Origin: Kiritimatiellia bacterium
GTDB lineage: Bacteria; Verrucomicrobiota; Kiritimatiellia; RFP12; DVOR01
Assembly: GCA_036651955.1 (NCBI GenBank)
Contig: JAVVWU010000006.1
Location: 1 to 54,063 of the forward strand
Length of the DNA stretch: 54,063 bases
Direction: 5' to 3'
Part shown: positions 39,412 through 47,889 of the stretch, one piece after another
Layout of the letters: each line of letters opens with the position of its first letter
Numbering within the stretch: position 1 is the stretch's first letter
Program-made: the position numbers and the translations under genes
Notes under the pieces: model-generated
Told to the model about the DNA's origin: nothing
The model's database searches: none
The model's input: only the letters and a program-made list of their open reading frames with translations

Positions 39412-40830
39412 ATGAATCGTTCTGCGCCTTTGGATGCTTTTTATGAAGCCGTGTTTCTAACGGATGCTCAATTTCGTATTGTCGGCTGTAATGCACGCGC
39501 GATTGAAATCTTTCGGATGCCGTCACAGGAGGCACTTCTCGGACGTGACATTGGCGAATTGTCGCCCGAAGGGCTGATGCGTTTCTCCGAAGGCTTTCGT
39601 AAGCGGCTCGATTCGGAAACGTTTATCGTCGTTGAATGCCGTGCCGTACGTGGTGACGGTACGGAGTTTATTGTGGAAGCTGCCATTCGGCATATTTCGG
39701 AAGAAACGTGCCTCTTTACGCTGCGTGATGTCACCACCCGCGTGGAGGCGCTGCATCGTCTCGAGGCGGCGAATGAAAGACTTCGCGCACAGGATCGTGA
39801 CCGGTTGAAATTTGTATCAAACGTTTCACACGAACTGCGTACGCCGTTGACCTCTATGTCGTATGCCATTACGAATATGCTTCGCGGACTTTGCGGCGAA
39901 TTGCCCGAAAAGGCGATGACCTATCTCGAACATCTCCAAGTCGATGCCAAACGGCTGATGACGACGGTGAACGATATTTTGGATCTTCGGCAGATTGAGA
40001 ATCATACGATTACGATGCGCAAAACGTTGGAACCGTTGACGCACTTGCTCAGCGAAGTTGCCGCCGCGCTCATCATTCAAGCTGAAACGAAAAAGCAGAC
40101 GCTCATCGTACGCCCCTCTCCGCGAGAAATCTATTCTGAAGTTGATCGCCACAAGCTCGAACGCGTCTTTTTCAATATTCTGTCCAACGCCGTGAAGTAC
40201 ACGCCGGAGGGCGGTAAAATTCACGGCTCTGTAAAGGAAGAAAATGGACGCGCATGGATTGTCGTGGAAGATAATGGCATCGGTATTCCGCCGGAGGCGT
40301 TGCCGCGCGTTTCGCAACGTTACTTCCGTGTCGGCGATCAGGTGACCGGAACGGGGCTGGGGCTGTCCATCGTGCGTGAAATCATCGAATTGCATCATGG
40401 ACAGTTGCGAATCGAATCGCCAGTTCCCGGGAGCGATTGCGGTACACGTGTCACCATTGAGCTTGCGATTGCCACCGGTCCGCTGCTTGTCATTGTGTCG
40501 GGCGATGAGGAATTTATCGCCCATGTGCAAAACGATGCCCAGGCGTTAGGAAATAGCGTTCGCATTGATCGCGAAGCGTTGCATCTTGTCGCGGCGTGCC
40601 ACGGCGTACCGCCGGCGCGCTTTATCTTTGACGGTTCACTTCCGGAATCTTACTTAGGCGATTTGATTGTTCAAATTCGTGAAGATCCCAAAGTCGCGCT
40701 GACACCGATCCTCGTGCTTACGCCTGAAGACATTGACCTTGCCCGTAAGGCGGAATCGGCGCGGATGCACGTTGAGGTGCAAAAGTATCCGTTGCCGCTT
40801 GAAGCCTTTCGTACGCTGCTTCAAGCTTAG
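39412..40830 (+). CDS. Cytoplasmic PAS sensor histidine kinase with degenerate C-terminal receiver domain
   Basis: PAS (CNARA...LLGR), H-box SHELRTPL, N-box NILSNAVKY, DNGIGI, GTGLGL; RBS AGGAGG. Confidence 0.9.
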   Translation: MNRSAPLDAFYEAVFLTDAQFRIVGCNARAIEIFRMPSQEALLGRDIGELSPEGLMRFSEGFRKRLDSETFIVVECRAVRGDGTEFIVEAAIRHISEETCLFTLRDVTTRVEALHRLEAANERLRAQDRDRLKFVSNVSHELRTPLTSMSYAITNMLRGLCGELPEKAMTYLEHLQVDAKRLMTTVNDILDLRQIENHTITMRKTLEPLTHLLSEVAAALIIQAETKKQTLIVRPSPREIYSEVDRHKLERVFFNILSNAVKYTPEGGKIHGSVKEENGRAWIVVEDNGIGIPPEALPRVSQRYFRVGDQVTGTGLGLSIVREIIELHHGQLRIESPVPGSDCGTRVTIELAIATGPLLVIVSGDEEFIAHVQNDAQALGNSVRIDREALHLVAACHGVPPARFIFDGSLPESYLGDLIVQIREDPKVALTPILVLTPEDIDLARKAESARMHVEVQKYPLPLEAFRTLLQA

Positions 40831-40954
40831 CGCTGCCGCCCACCGCTGCTGATAGAAGTTTGCGTGGCGTGCGCTGCGGCGATTGTGCTGTGCAGAAAGC
40901 ACAGCTTTGTTATACTGCAACTGTCTTAAAATGAGACTTATTAAAGGAGTTACT

Positions 40955-42127
40955 ATGGCTCGGTTTACACTTCCACGTGATATTTATTTTGGTGCTGGCG
41001 CGATGAAGGAGCTTGCCGTATTGGGCAAGTCGCGTAAGCGTGCATTCATCGTTACGGGCGGAACGTCGATGCAGAAGTTTGGCTTCTTGGATCAGCTCGA
41101 GAAGATTTTGAAAGATGCTGGCTTGAAGGTGAAGCTGTTTGAAGGCGTTGAGCCAGATCCCAGTGTTGAAACGGTGATGAAGGGTGCGAAGGCGATGTTG
41201 GACTTCAAGCCGGATGTCATTGTTGCCATTGGTGGCGGTTCGCCGATTGATGCCGCAAAGGCGATGTGGGTCTTTTACGAACATCCGGAGAAAACGTTTG
41301 ACGATATCAAGACGCCGTTTACAATGCCGATGCTTCGGCAGAAGTCCATCTTTGTGGCGGTGGCATCCACTTCGGGTACGGCAACGGAAGTCACGGCGTT
41401 CGCTGTGATTACCGACTATTCCACAAAGGTCAAATATCCGCTGGCGGACTTTGAAATCACCCCCGATATTGCCGTCGTCGATAGCGATCTTGCTGAAACG
41501 ATGCCGCCGAAATTGACGGCGCACACCGGCTTAGACGCTTTGACGCACGCGATTGAAGCCTATGTGGCGTTGCCGCATTCTGAATTTTCAGATGCGCTTG
41601 CAATCAAATCTATTCAGATGATTGACGATGATTTGTATGCGAGCTATGTCGGAGACAAAGGCGCGCGCGGGCGGATGCACATTGCGCAATGTCTCGCCGG
41701 AATGGCGTTCTCCAATGCACTGTTGGGCATTACGCATTCGATTGCGCACAAGATTGGCGCACAGTTCAATCTGCCTCACGGACTGTGCAATGCGATTCTT
41801 CAGCCTTATGTCATTACGTTCAACCGCAAGGCGTGTGAAACGCGTTATGCCGAGATTGCCCGTGCGCTAGGCTTGCCGGGAGCGACGGAGAAGCAGTTGG
41901 TGAACGTGTTGATTGACAAGATTCGCGCATTGAACGAGTCGTTGGCAATTCCTGCGACATTGGAAGCTGCCGGCGTTTCGGATGAACTCTTTAACACGCA
42001 TATTGATTTCATTGCGAAGCAAGCGAAGATGGATCCTTGCACCGGATGCAATCCGCGTAAGACGACGGCGGCAGACATAAAGAAGATTCTCGTGTGCGCT
42101 TTCAATGGCACCGATGTGAATTGGTAG
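40955..42127 (+). CDS. Iron-containing alcohol dehydrogenase (NADPH-dependent butanol dehydrogenase-like)
   Basis: GGGSPIDAAK, TSGTATEVT, DALTHAIEAY, GITHSIAH, HGLCNA. Confidence 0.93.
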   Translation: MARFTLPRDIYFGAGAMKELAVLGKSRKRAFIVTGGTSMQKFGFLDQLEKILKDAGLKVKLFEGVEPDPSVETVMKGAKAMLDFKPDVIVAIGGGSPIDAAKAMWVFYEHPEKTFDDIKTPFTMPMLRQKSIFVAVASTSGTATEVTAFAVITDYSTKVKYPLADFEITPDIAVVDSDLAETMPPKLTAHTGLDALTHAIEAYVALPHSEFSDALAIKSIQMIDDDLYASYVGDKGARGRMHIAQCLAGMAFSNALLGITHSIAHKIGAQFNLPHGLCNAILQPYVITFNRKACETRYAEIARALGLPGATEKQLVNVLIDKIRALNESLAIPATLEAAGVSDELFNTHIDFIAKQAKMDPCTGCNPRKTTAADIKKILVCAFNGTDVNW

Positions 42128-42142
42128 TCTTCTTCTTTATTC

Positions 42143-42180
42143 AAAAGAGACCGCCGCGCTTCTGCGCGGCGGTCTCTTTT
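42143..42180. terminator. Bidirectional Rho-independent terminator
   Basis: AAAAGAGACCGCCGCGC-TTCT-GCGCGGCGGTCTCTTTT between convergent genes. Confidence 0.9.
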
Positions 42181-42183
42181 GCG

Positions 42184-43056
42184 CTAGGGATTCGCGTCGC
42201 GGAGCGCTTCCATGCGATCCCACTCGGTCAAGTAAGCTTCGACAAACGCCGTTTCCGGTCGTTCGCATAGATCCATGAGATGTTGACGCAAAAGTTCTTG
42301 TTCGGCTTCGTATTCATCGGCGGTGAAGCGTCCGCTGACAAAGGCAAGGCGAAGCCACAGGAGATAGGTGGTGAGGGCGTCAAAGCAATTATACTGGACG
42401 ATTTCCCTGTATTTTCCGGCGTTCCAAAGTTCGTATACATCATCGCCGTGGGCGTCGAATTTCCCCGGAATGCCACAGAGCGTAGCCGCTTCGTGTAAGT
42501 TGACGGCGGCATTGCGACCTGAAAAGCCGCCGGCAATAAGATCCATAAGGTCAATCGAACATTCGGTGTCACGGGCGAGGTAGTCCATGCCTTCCCACGG
42601 TTTGTTGGGCTTATTGAGAAAGCCTTTGGCGGGGATTCCCATGGCGAGGGCGCGTTGAGCAAGAATGCGCAGATCGGAGTTGCGGGAGTTGAACCCGACG
42701 AGTTGCGGGAGTTTGTTGCCAATGGCGGCGATAAAGTTGCCAACGACTTTACGTTCGGAACGCGCCGTTGCCTCTTCCGGTTCTTTGGGCAACCAGACAA
42801 GGCGCAGTTCGGCATTGTCGCCCGGCTTCTTCGGCGCCAAACGCATTACCATCGCAATCGAGACGACACGGCTTTGCATGAGACGTACAAAGGGATGCGG
42901 ATCTTCGGCGGTGGCACCGTTGTAGAGCCAGAGCTTTTCCATGACTTGCTCATCGGTTACGGACGCATCGGCGCCGAAGAGCAAGCGTGCCGAATGGAGG
43001 TCGGGAATCCATTCGCAGTCAAACGCAATGACCGTTTCACCGACGGTTCGTATCAT
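42184..43056 (-). CDS. Stand-alone 3'-5' exonuclease, PolB-like (DEDDy, DNA_pol_B_exo2 type)
   Basis: ExoI FDCEWIPD, ExoII GFNSRNSDL, GIPGK, ExoIII YNCFD. Confidence 0.85.
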   Translation of the reverse strand: MIRTVGETVIAFDCEWIPDLHSARLLFGADASVTDEQVMEKLWLYNGATAEDPHPFVRLMQSRVVSIAMVMRLAPKKPGDNAELRLVWLPKEPEEATARSERKVVGNFIAAIGNKLPQLVGFNSRNSDLRILAQRALAMGIPAKGFLNKPNKPWEGMDYLARDTECSIDLMDLIAGGFSGRNAAVNLHEAATLCGIPGKFDAHGDDVYELWNAGKYREIVQYNCFDALTTYLLWLRLAFVSGRFTADEYEAEQELLRQHLMDLCERPETAFVEAYLTEWDRMEALRDANP

Positions 43057-43852
43057 GGTGGATCTCCTTTAGAAACGTAATGAGTTCGGGGGAAGAGTGC
43101 TGTTGGGCAAAGTCTTGTGCAAAGGCATGAACCTGTTCGCGCTGTTGCGGTGGAAGCGTGCGGAGTTGCGCGCGTGCAGTGGCTATAAAGGCAGGCACGA
43201 GGCTGTCATTGTCCGTCGCGACGAGGAGCGCAATCAGTGTGCGGAGGACGGGGTAAGTGTCGCCGGAACGTTCGTACCAGTAGAGTGCGTGCGTGTGCGG
43301 AACGGTCCAGTCGAGCGTGGCACCGAGACGGCGCGCAAAGGCGTCCGCATCGGCAGGCACGCGCAGTTCGGAGAGGTGGGCGCGATAGTAGGGCGCGCAA
43401 GGATCAAGCCGACCGCCGATTTTGTCCTCGTAGATCCAGCCCATCTGTTGAAGCAGCGGCGATGCTTGTGGCGTGATACGAAGCCCACGTTCCAAGAGCG
43501 CAAGTCCGCGTTTAATCCAGCTCCATCGTTCCGGTGCGTCGTGGTGCATGACGCTGACATTATAGGCGAGGTTCCACGCGTTGTACGTCCAGACGTCGGG
43601 CGTAGAGGGCTCTAGTGTGACGAGTAACGTGGTGAGCGGAATCAGTTCGCGGTAACGGTTTTCTTTCTGCAATTCACCGATACGCCACCAGAGGATTTCC
43701 GATAAGATGCCGCGGCTTCCTCCGAGTGCGACCAAGAGCGCGGCGAGTGCGGGGGAATCGCTTCCGAGTGTCGGCGGTACTGCCGCGCGCGTCGCGAATC
43801 CCGAGCCGATGAGCGCAGCGAAGAGGAAGGCGCCAACCATCAAACGTTTCAT
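43037..43852 (-). CDS. Exported helical (TPR-like) protein of a PVC-type family
   Basis: Signal/TM, LGG.RG...W, VWTYNAWNLAYNVSV, RW.WI.RG...L.RG; overlaps both neighbours. Confidence 0.65.
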   Translation of the reverse strand: MKRLMVGAFLFAALIGSGFATRAAVPPTLGSDSPALAALLVALGGSRGILSEILWWRIGELQKENRYRELIPLTTLLVTLEPSTPDVWTYNAWNLAYNVSVMHHDAPERWSWIKRGLALLERGLRITPQASPLLQQMGWIYEDKIGGRLDPCAPYYRAHLSELRVPADADAFARRLGATLDWTVPHTHALYWYERSGDTYPVLRTLIALLVATDNDSLVPAFIATARAQLRTLPPQQREQVHAFAQDFAQQHSSPELITFLKEIHHDTNRR

Positions 43853-44505
43853 AACGTCTTTCGCAAAAACGCGGCAAACTCGCGTAAGTCGTGAATTTCG
43901 ACATCGAATCGTTCGCCGCGCGGTTGACCGAAACCGTAAGCGCAATGACACACTTTAATACCGGCATGACGTCCCACTTCCAAATCGGTGTAATGGTCGC
44001 CAATGACCCAGTCGGTCGGGCGGACTTCCACACCCATTTTTTGAGCGGCAAGGTAGAGTAACGCCGGATCCGGTTTGAGCACGGCGACATCGCCACCGCC
44101 GACCGTCACATCGAAAAAGTTGAGAATGCCTAACGTTTCGAGAATGTGTGGAATGAGTTCTGCGGTCTTGTTGGACGTGACTGCCATTTTGCAACCGAGG
44201 GCGCGGAGCTCTGCCAATCCCTCCGGCACGCCCGGATAGGCAAAGGTATGCACGACGAGATGTTCGGCATATTGACGTTTATTGTTAGCGACTAATTCAT
44301 CAAGGATTGCGGCATGCTCTGGCATTGCGCGTAAAATGAGCTGTCGGGCGCCATTCCCGACCATCGAGGTGATTTCCGCAAGCGGAAGTGGCGGCAATCC
44401 GTAATCGGCACGCGTAAGGTTGACACTGTTGGCAATATCGCCGCGGGAATCAATCAATGTTCCGTCTAAATCAAAGAAAAGAGCTGGTACTTGCATAGCT
44501 TCCAT
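43849..44505 (-). CDS. HAD hydrolase, phosphoglycolate phosphatase-like
   Basis: FDLDGTLIDS, VTSNK, KPDP, IGDHYTDL. The true start may be the ATG at 44496. Confidence 0.9.
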   Translation of the reverse strand: MEAMQVPALFFDLDGTLIDSRGDIANSVNLTRADYGLPPLPLAEITSMVGNGARQLILRAMPEHAAILDELVANNKRQYAEHLVVHTFAYPGVPEGLAELRALGCKMAVTSNKTAELIPHILETLGILNFFDVTVGGGDVAVLKPDPALLYLAAQKMGVEVRPTDWVIGDHYTDLEVGRHAGIKVCHCAYGFGQPRGERFDVEIHDLREFAAFLRKTL

Positions 44506-44513
44506 AGTCTAGC

Positions 44514-44546
44514 AAAAAGGACAGGAGCTTCGCCCCTGTCCTCTTT
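44514..44546 (-). terminator. Terminator after the DUF1097 gene
   Basis: AAAAAGGACAGGAGC-TTC-GCCCCTGTCCT hairpin with an A/T tail. Confidence 0.7.
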
Positions 44547-44567
44547 ATTTCAGTGCGGAGCGGCGTG

Positions 44568-45086
44568 CTACTTTTTGGCAGTTGCGGCTTCAAGCTTCTT
44601 GCCATACGCCGTGCGAAGCGTCACCGTCAAGAATCCCCAAACCTGTCCGATGACAAGAGAGATGAGGTAAATCGGAACCGACTTGTGATAGTCACCACCG
44701 ACGGCATTATTGACGGCAAAGAAACAGGCAGCGCCAACAAACCATGCCGGAATAAACGCCAAAACGGGAACTTTTTCACAGAGAATGACGAGCGTGGCAA
44801 TGATTAAAACGGAAACGGGGAAACCAATGGTGGCGGCGCCGCTGAGTCCTGTGAGATAGTTGCCGAGTTCAATAATCAGAATGGAAGCAATCAATCCTGC
44901 CACCCAACAGCCCGAAGCTTTCGCGCCGCCTTTGGGCGTACATCCGCCGAGGAAGTAGCACGCCCATGAAGCGAAGCCAATCCATGAATAGAAATAGCCG
45001 TGGGACATCAGATCCATCCATTGCATAATTCCGGCGAGGATACCAATAATGAGGGCGTGCGGTAAGAATTGAATCAAAGCTTTCAT
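44568..45086 (-). CDS. DUF1097 family membrane protein
   Basis: W.GF.SWACYF, FIPAWFVGAACFFA, about 6 TMs; RBS GAAGGAG. Confidence 0.8.
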   Translation of the reverse strand: MKALIQFLPHALIIGILAGIMQWMDLMSHGYFYSWIGFASWACYFLGGCTPKGGAKASGCWVAGLIASILIIELGNYLTGLSGAATIGFPVSVLIIATLVILCEKVPVLAFIPAWFVGAACFFAVNNAVGGDYHKSVPIYLISLVIGQVWGFLTVTLRTAYGKKLEAATAKK

Positions 45087-45206
45087 CTCATCTCCTTCAA
45101 ATGTACTGTACAAAGTTATCAAGAACACTCTTTTCACTATAAGCTATTTTCAGATAAAAGACAACCGATATTACGAAGCGGTGCGCTCGGCGCTCACTCC
45201 AAACCG

Positions 45207-45250
45207 ACCGTGCCATACTGTGCCACGGACTGTGCCACGAACCGTGCCAT
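45207..45250. repeat. Four direct repeats ACYGTGCCA
   Basis: Copies start at 45207, 45217, 45229 and 45241. Confidence 0.75.
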
Positions 45251-45330
45251 TCGGCATAAGTCTACATCTGAGTCTGTTCGAAAAGACCTACTTATGCAGA
45301 ATAGTAGCGTGCGTGGCGTGGCGAGCGCTC

Positions 45331-45418
45331 GATGAGCCTCAGTGAGGCGGCTCCTCTACCTCACTGAGGTAGAGGTCGAGGGTCAATGAGGTACGCGCTC
45401 TACCTCAGTGAGGTACGA
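45331..45418. repeat. 4 x 22-bp phased array with palindromic core CCTCA(N)TGAGG
   Basis: TGAGG at 45343, 45365, 45387 and 45409, an exact 22-bp period. Confidence 0.85.
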
Positions 45419-45692
45419 ACGCTGACCTTTTGCGATATCTCTTGAAATTTGTAGGGAGTATGACTAAAGGCGGAAAATGAACGCGTAATGTCGCCGCTTT
45501 GAGCCGCGCTTTGTTCAACGCTATGCGTGACGGCTTATCGACTTATGAGCGGCGTATGATTCTCGTCTAATTCCTGCATAAGTGTCGTAAGAATTTACAA
45601 CCTCTATTTGAAATGTGAATTAGGCGTGAGGCGTAAAATTGGAAGAGCGGAGGGAAGGAGTGGAGAGCGTGGCGAAGGCGCGCGCACGTGGA

Positions 45693-45962
45693 CTAGAAGA
45701 GATCGCTATGGGTACCCGTACGTACGAAAATAAGGAATGGCGCACGAAACATATAAATCAAGAGCCAGTCCGGCGCAATATGACATTCATGCGTGTTAAC
45801 ATAATCGCCTGTCAGCACATGGTCTCGGTAAGCAAGGGGGAGTGGATCACCTTGGTGTAAAAGTGTCATCACCCGATCAAGCTTCTCAAGATCCAATCCG
45901 CGCTTCTTTGCTATTTTGTAGTCTTTCCTGAAGCGCGCGGTGACCTTCATTTCGAAGGTCAT
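45693..45962 (-). CDS. yafQ: Type II toxin, YafQ family mRNA interferase
   Basis: FRKDYK, YRDHVLTGDY, ECHIAPDWLLIY, RTGTHSDLF; ATGA overlap with the antitoxin. Confidence 0.93.
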   Translation of the reverse strand: MTFEMKVTARFRKDYKIAKKRGLDLEKLDRVMTLLHQGDPLPLAYRDHVLTGDYVNTHECHIAPDWLLIYMFRAPFLIFVRTGTHSDLF

Positions 45963-46231
45963 TGTCGAAGACTCTTAAGTAAACTTTTCATATTCTTAAC
46001 CGCTTTCACGTCGTCGGTTTTCGCAATTTGATCGGCTTCTTGAAGTGCGGCGACGGTTTCTTTGTTCGGTGTGTCTCGGGTGACAGTAAAGGGTAACCCT
46101 TGCACTCGAATCGCTTGTCGGATGAATACCATAAATGCCGTGGATAAATTCATACCCAAATCTGAAAATAAAGCATTGGCTTCGTGCTTTAATTCTTCTT
46201 CAATGCGTATCGTTAAATTTGTACTTGCCAT
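45959..46231 (-). CDS. dinJ: Type II antitoxin, RelB/DinJ family
   Basis: RHH N-terminus NLTIRIEEELK.EA..LF..LGMNLSTAF.VF..QA...GLPF, then PNKET. Confidence 0.92.
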   Translation of the reverse strand: MASTNLTIRIEEELKHEANALFSDLGMNLSTAFMVFIRQAIRVQGLPFTVTRDTPNKETVAALQEADQIAKTDDVKAVKNMKSLLKSLRQ

Positions 46232-46250
46232 AAGTCCTCTTCCTCTCTTT

Positions 46251-46287
46251 TGCACATGATTATAGCAAGATTGCACAGGAATGCACA
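46251..46287 (-). promoter_or_regulatory. TA promoter (extended -10 TGcTATAAT) with three TGTGCA boxes, a candidate operator
   Basis: Minus-strand TGCTATAAT at 46259-46267; TGCACA at 46251, 46272 and 46282. Confidence 0.55.
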
Positions 46288-46400
46288 TAAATATTATGAT
46301 GGCTGAGCGGAAGAGCGCGGCGCGCGCTCCGTTCGGAGGGCGTGGCGATGAGGAGGGAGCTATTGGTACAGTGGTCGGACGGCAGGGAGGCGTTCGGCAC

Positions 46401-47828
46401 CTATTCGGTGGCGAACGCTGTTTGACCGAGGATATCGTAAACTTGAATGAGACGCGAAATAGGGAGCAAATGTGCGCGGTAAAGTTCCATCACACGTGCC
46501 GCTTGTTCCGGCGTTGCCCCTTCGGCGGCGCAGAAGTCGGCGGCACGCGCAAGGACTTTTTCTTCTACCGCGACATTGAGCAACGAGGCTTCCACCTTTT
46601 CCGGATCGTTGGTTCGTACGGCGGCACGCAGTTCGGGCGCAAGTTCAATGCGTTTGCGGGCAACGACTTTGGAGGCAAAACGGAAGCGGCGATCGAGTGC
46701 CGCCATCGCATCGGCATCGGCATGAAGGGCAGGGCGCGGTTCATTGTCGGCGCCTGTTTCAGCGAGTACCGGAATAACGGTGGTGAGGTAGAAGCGGCGC
46801 AGGAGGCGTGTACGCTCGGTGGCATCGCCATGGACAAACGCCTTTGCGAGCGCTTCGTGCGTCACCGGTTCGACATGAACGTAAAGGGCGCTGTTGGAAT
46901 GGAAGTCGGCGCGTTTGCCAAAGGCTTTGACGAGGTTGCCGTCAAGCGTTGCAATCATTGCGCGTAAGTTGGAGAGTGTCGTGGTTACGGTGCCGGCGAC
47001 CGGTGCCGGCTGCGTGGTAATGGAGTAGGAACCTAAAAGGCGCACTTCGCGAACGAAGGGACGCAGTCCGCCGAGGACTGCCGCCAATGGCAGGGCGCCG
47101 GCGCCAACAAGCAGTTCGAGGAAGAAGGCATATTTCCACTTTTCGCCGGCAATGGGACGACTTTGGATAAAGGTTAAATCAATGTCGCGCAACGTTTCAA
47201 GTACGGAGAGCAACGCTCCCGGACGGTCGTCAATGATGACATAGAGGAGCGCGTGCGTCGGTGGTAATCCAATGGCGGCGACAGGCAAGCGGTGATGTTC
47301 GAGACGGAAAAAGCGCGTGGTGTTTCCTTGCACGTCCTGCACTTCGGGACGGCGGAGACAAAGCCCGTAACGTTCGGCAGTCGTTTCTCCTGCCACGGCG
47401 GCAATGGCGGAATCCAATGAGGCTTGCCGTGCCGCTTCGGCGGTGGAGGAAACAGCTTCTTGCGGAATGTTCGGGTAAATCTTACGGAGCGTTGTCCGGC
47501 ATTGAGAGAGTGCTTCCGCCTTTGACAGAATGAGGGCGATCGGCGTCGTCATATCGCGCGTGAGCAAATGATGATGCACCGGAACGGTACGACATTCCAC
47601 AATCGTCAGAGACGGATAGTCGGCAAGCAAATCCATGACTTCGGTGACCGGACCATGGGTGCTATTTTCAAACGGAATAACGGCGCTACCTTCGGAATCG
47701 CGTGCCACCGAAGCAAAAACGGTGGAGAAATCGGTACACGGCACGAGCATCTCACCGGACAGCGCCATACGGGTGGCGGTGCGGTGCGAAAAGGTTTCTT
47801 CAGGTCCGAGGTAGTAAAGATTCGGCAT
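46401..47828 (-). CDS. pheA: Prephenate dehydratase-ACT fused to a C-terminal eukaryote-type chorismate mutase
   Basis: YLGPEETFS, PFENSTHG, NTTRF, ACT (DDRPGAL...IQSRP...YAFFLE); the C-terminal ~190 aa resemble AroQ-beta. Confidence 0.85.
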   Translation of the reverse strand: MPNLYYLGPEETFSHRTATRMALSGEMLVPCTDFSTVFASVARDSEGSAVIPFENSTHGPVTEVMDLLADYPSLTIVECRTVPVHHHLLTRDMTTPIALILSKAEALSQCRTTLRKIYPNIPQEAVSSTAEAARQASLDSAIAAVAGETTAERYGLCLRRPEVQDVQGNTTRFFRLEHHRLPVAAIGLPPTHALLYVIIDDRPGALLSVLETLRDIDLTFIQSRPIAGEKWKYAFFLELLVGAGALPLAAVLGGLRPFVREVRLLGSYSITTQPAPVAGTVTTTLSNLRAMIATLDGNLVKAFGKRADFHSNSALYVHVEPVTHEALAKAFVHGDATERTRLLRRFYLTTVIPVLAETGADNEPRPALHADADAMAALDRRFRFASKVVARKRIELAPELRAAVRTNDPEKVEASLLNVAVEEKVLARAADFCAAEGATPEQAARVMELYRAHLLPISRLIQVYDILGQTAFATE

Positions 47829-47889
47829 AAGGTCTCCGGCGGCGCGTCGAGAAAGGAGCGGAAGCTCGCGCGAGCTTCCGCTCACTCAA

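Noticed and set aside
45331-45418. Mini-CRISPR or integron attC interpretation of the palindrome array
   Set aside because: The 22-bp period leaves no room for spacers, and there are no RYYYAAC/GTTRRRY ends and no integrase.
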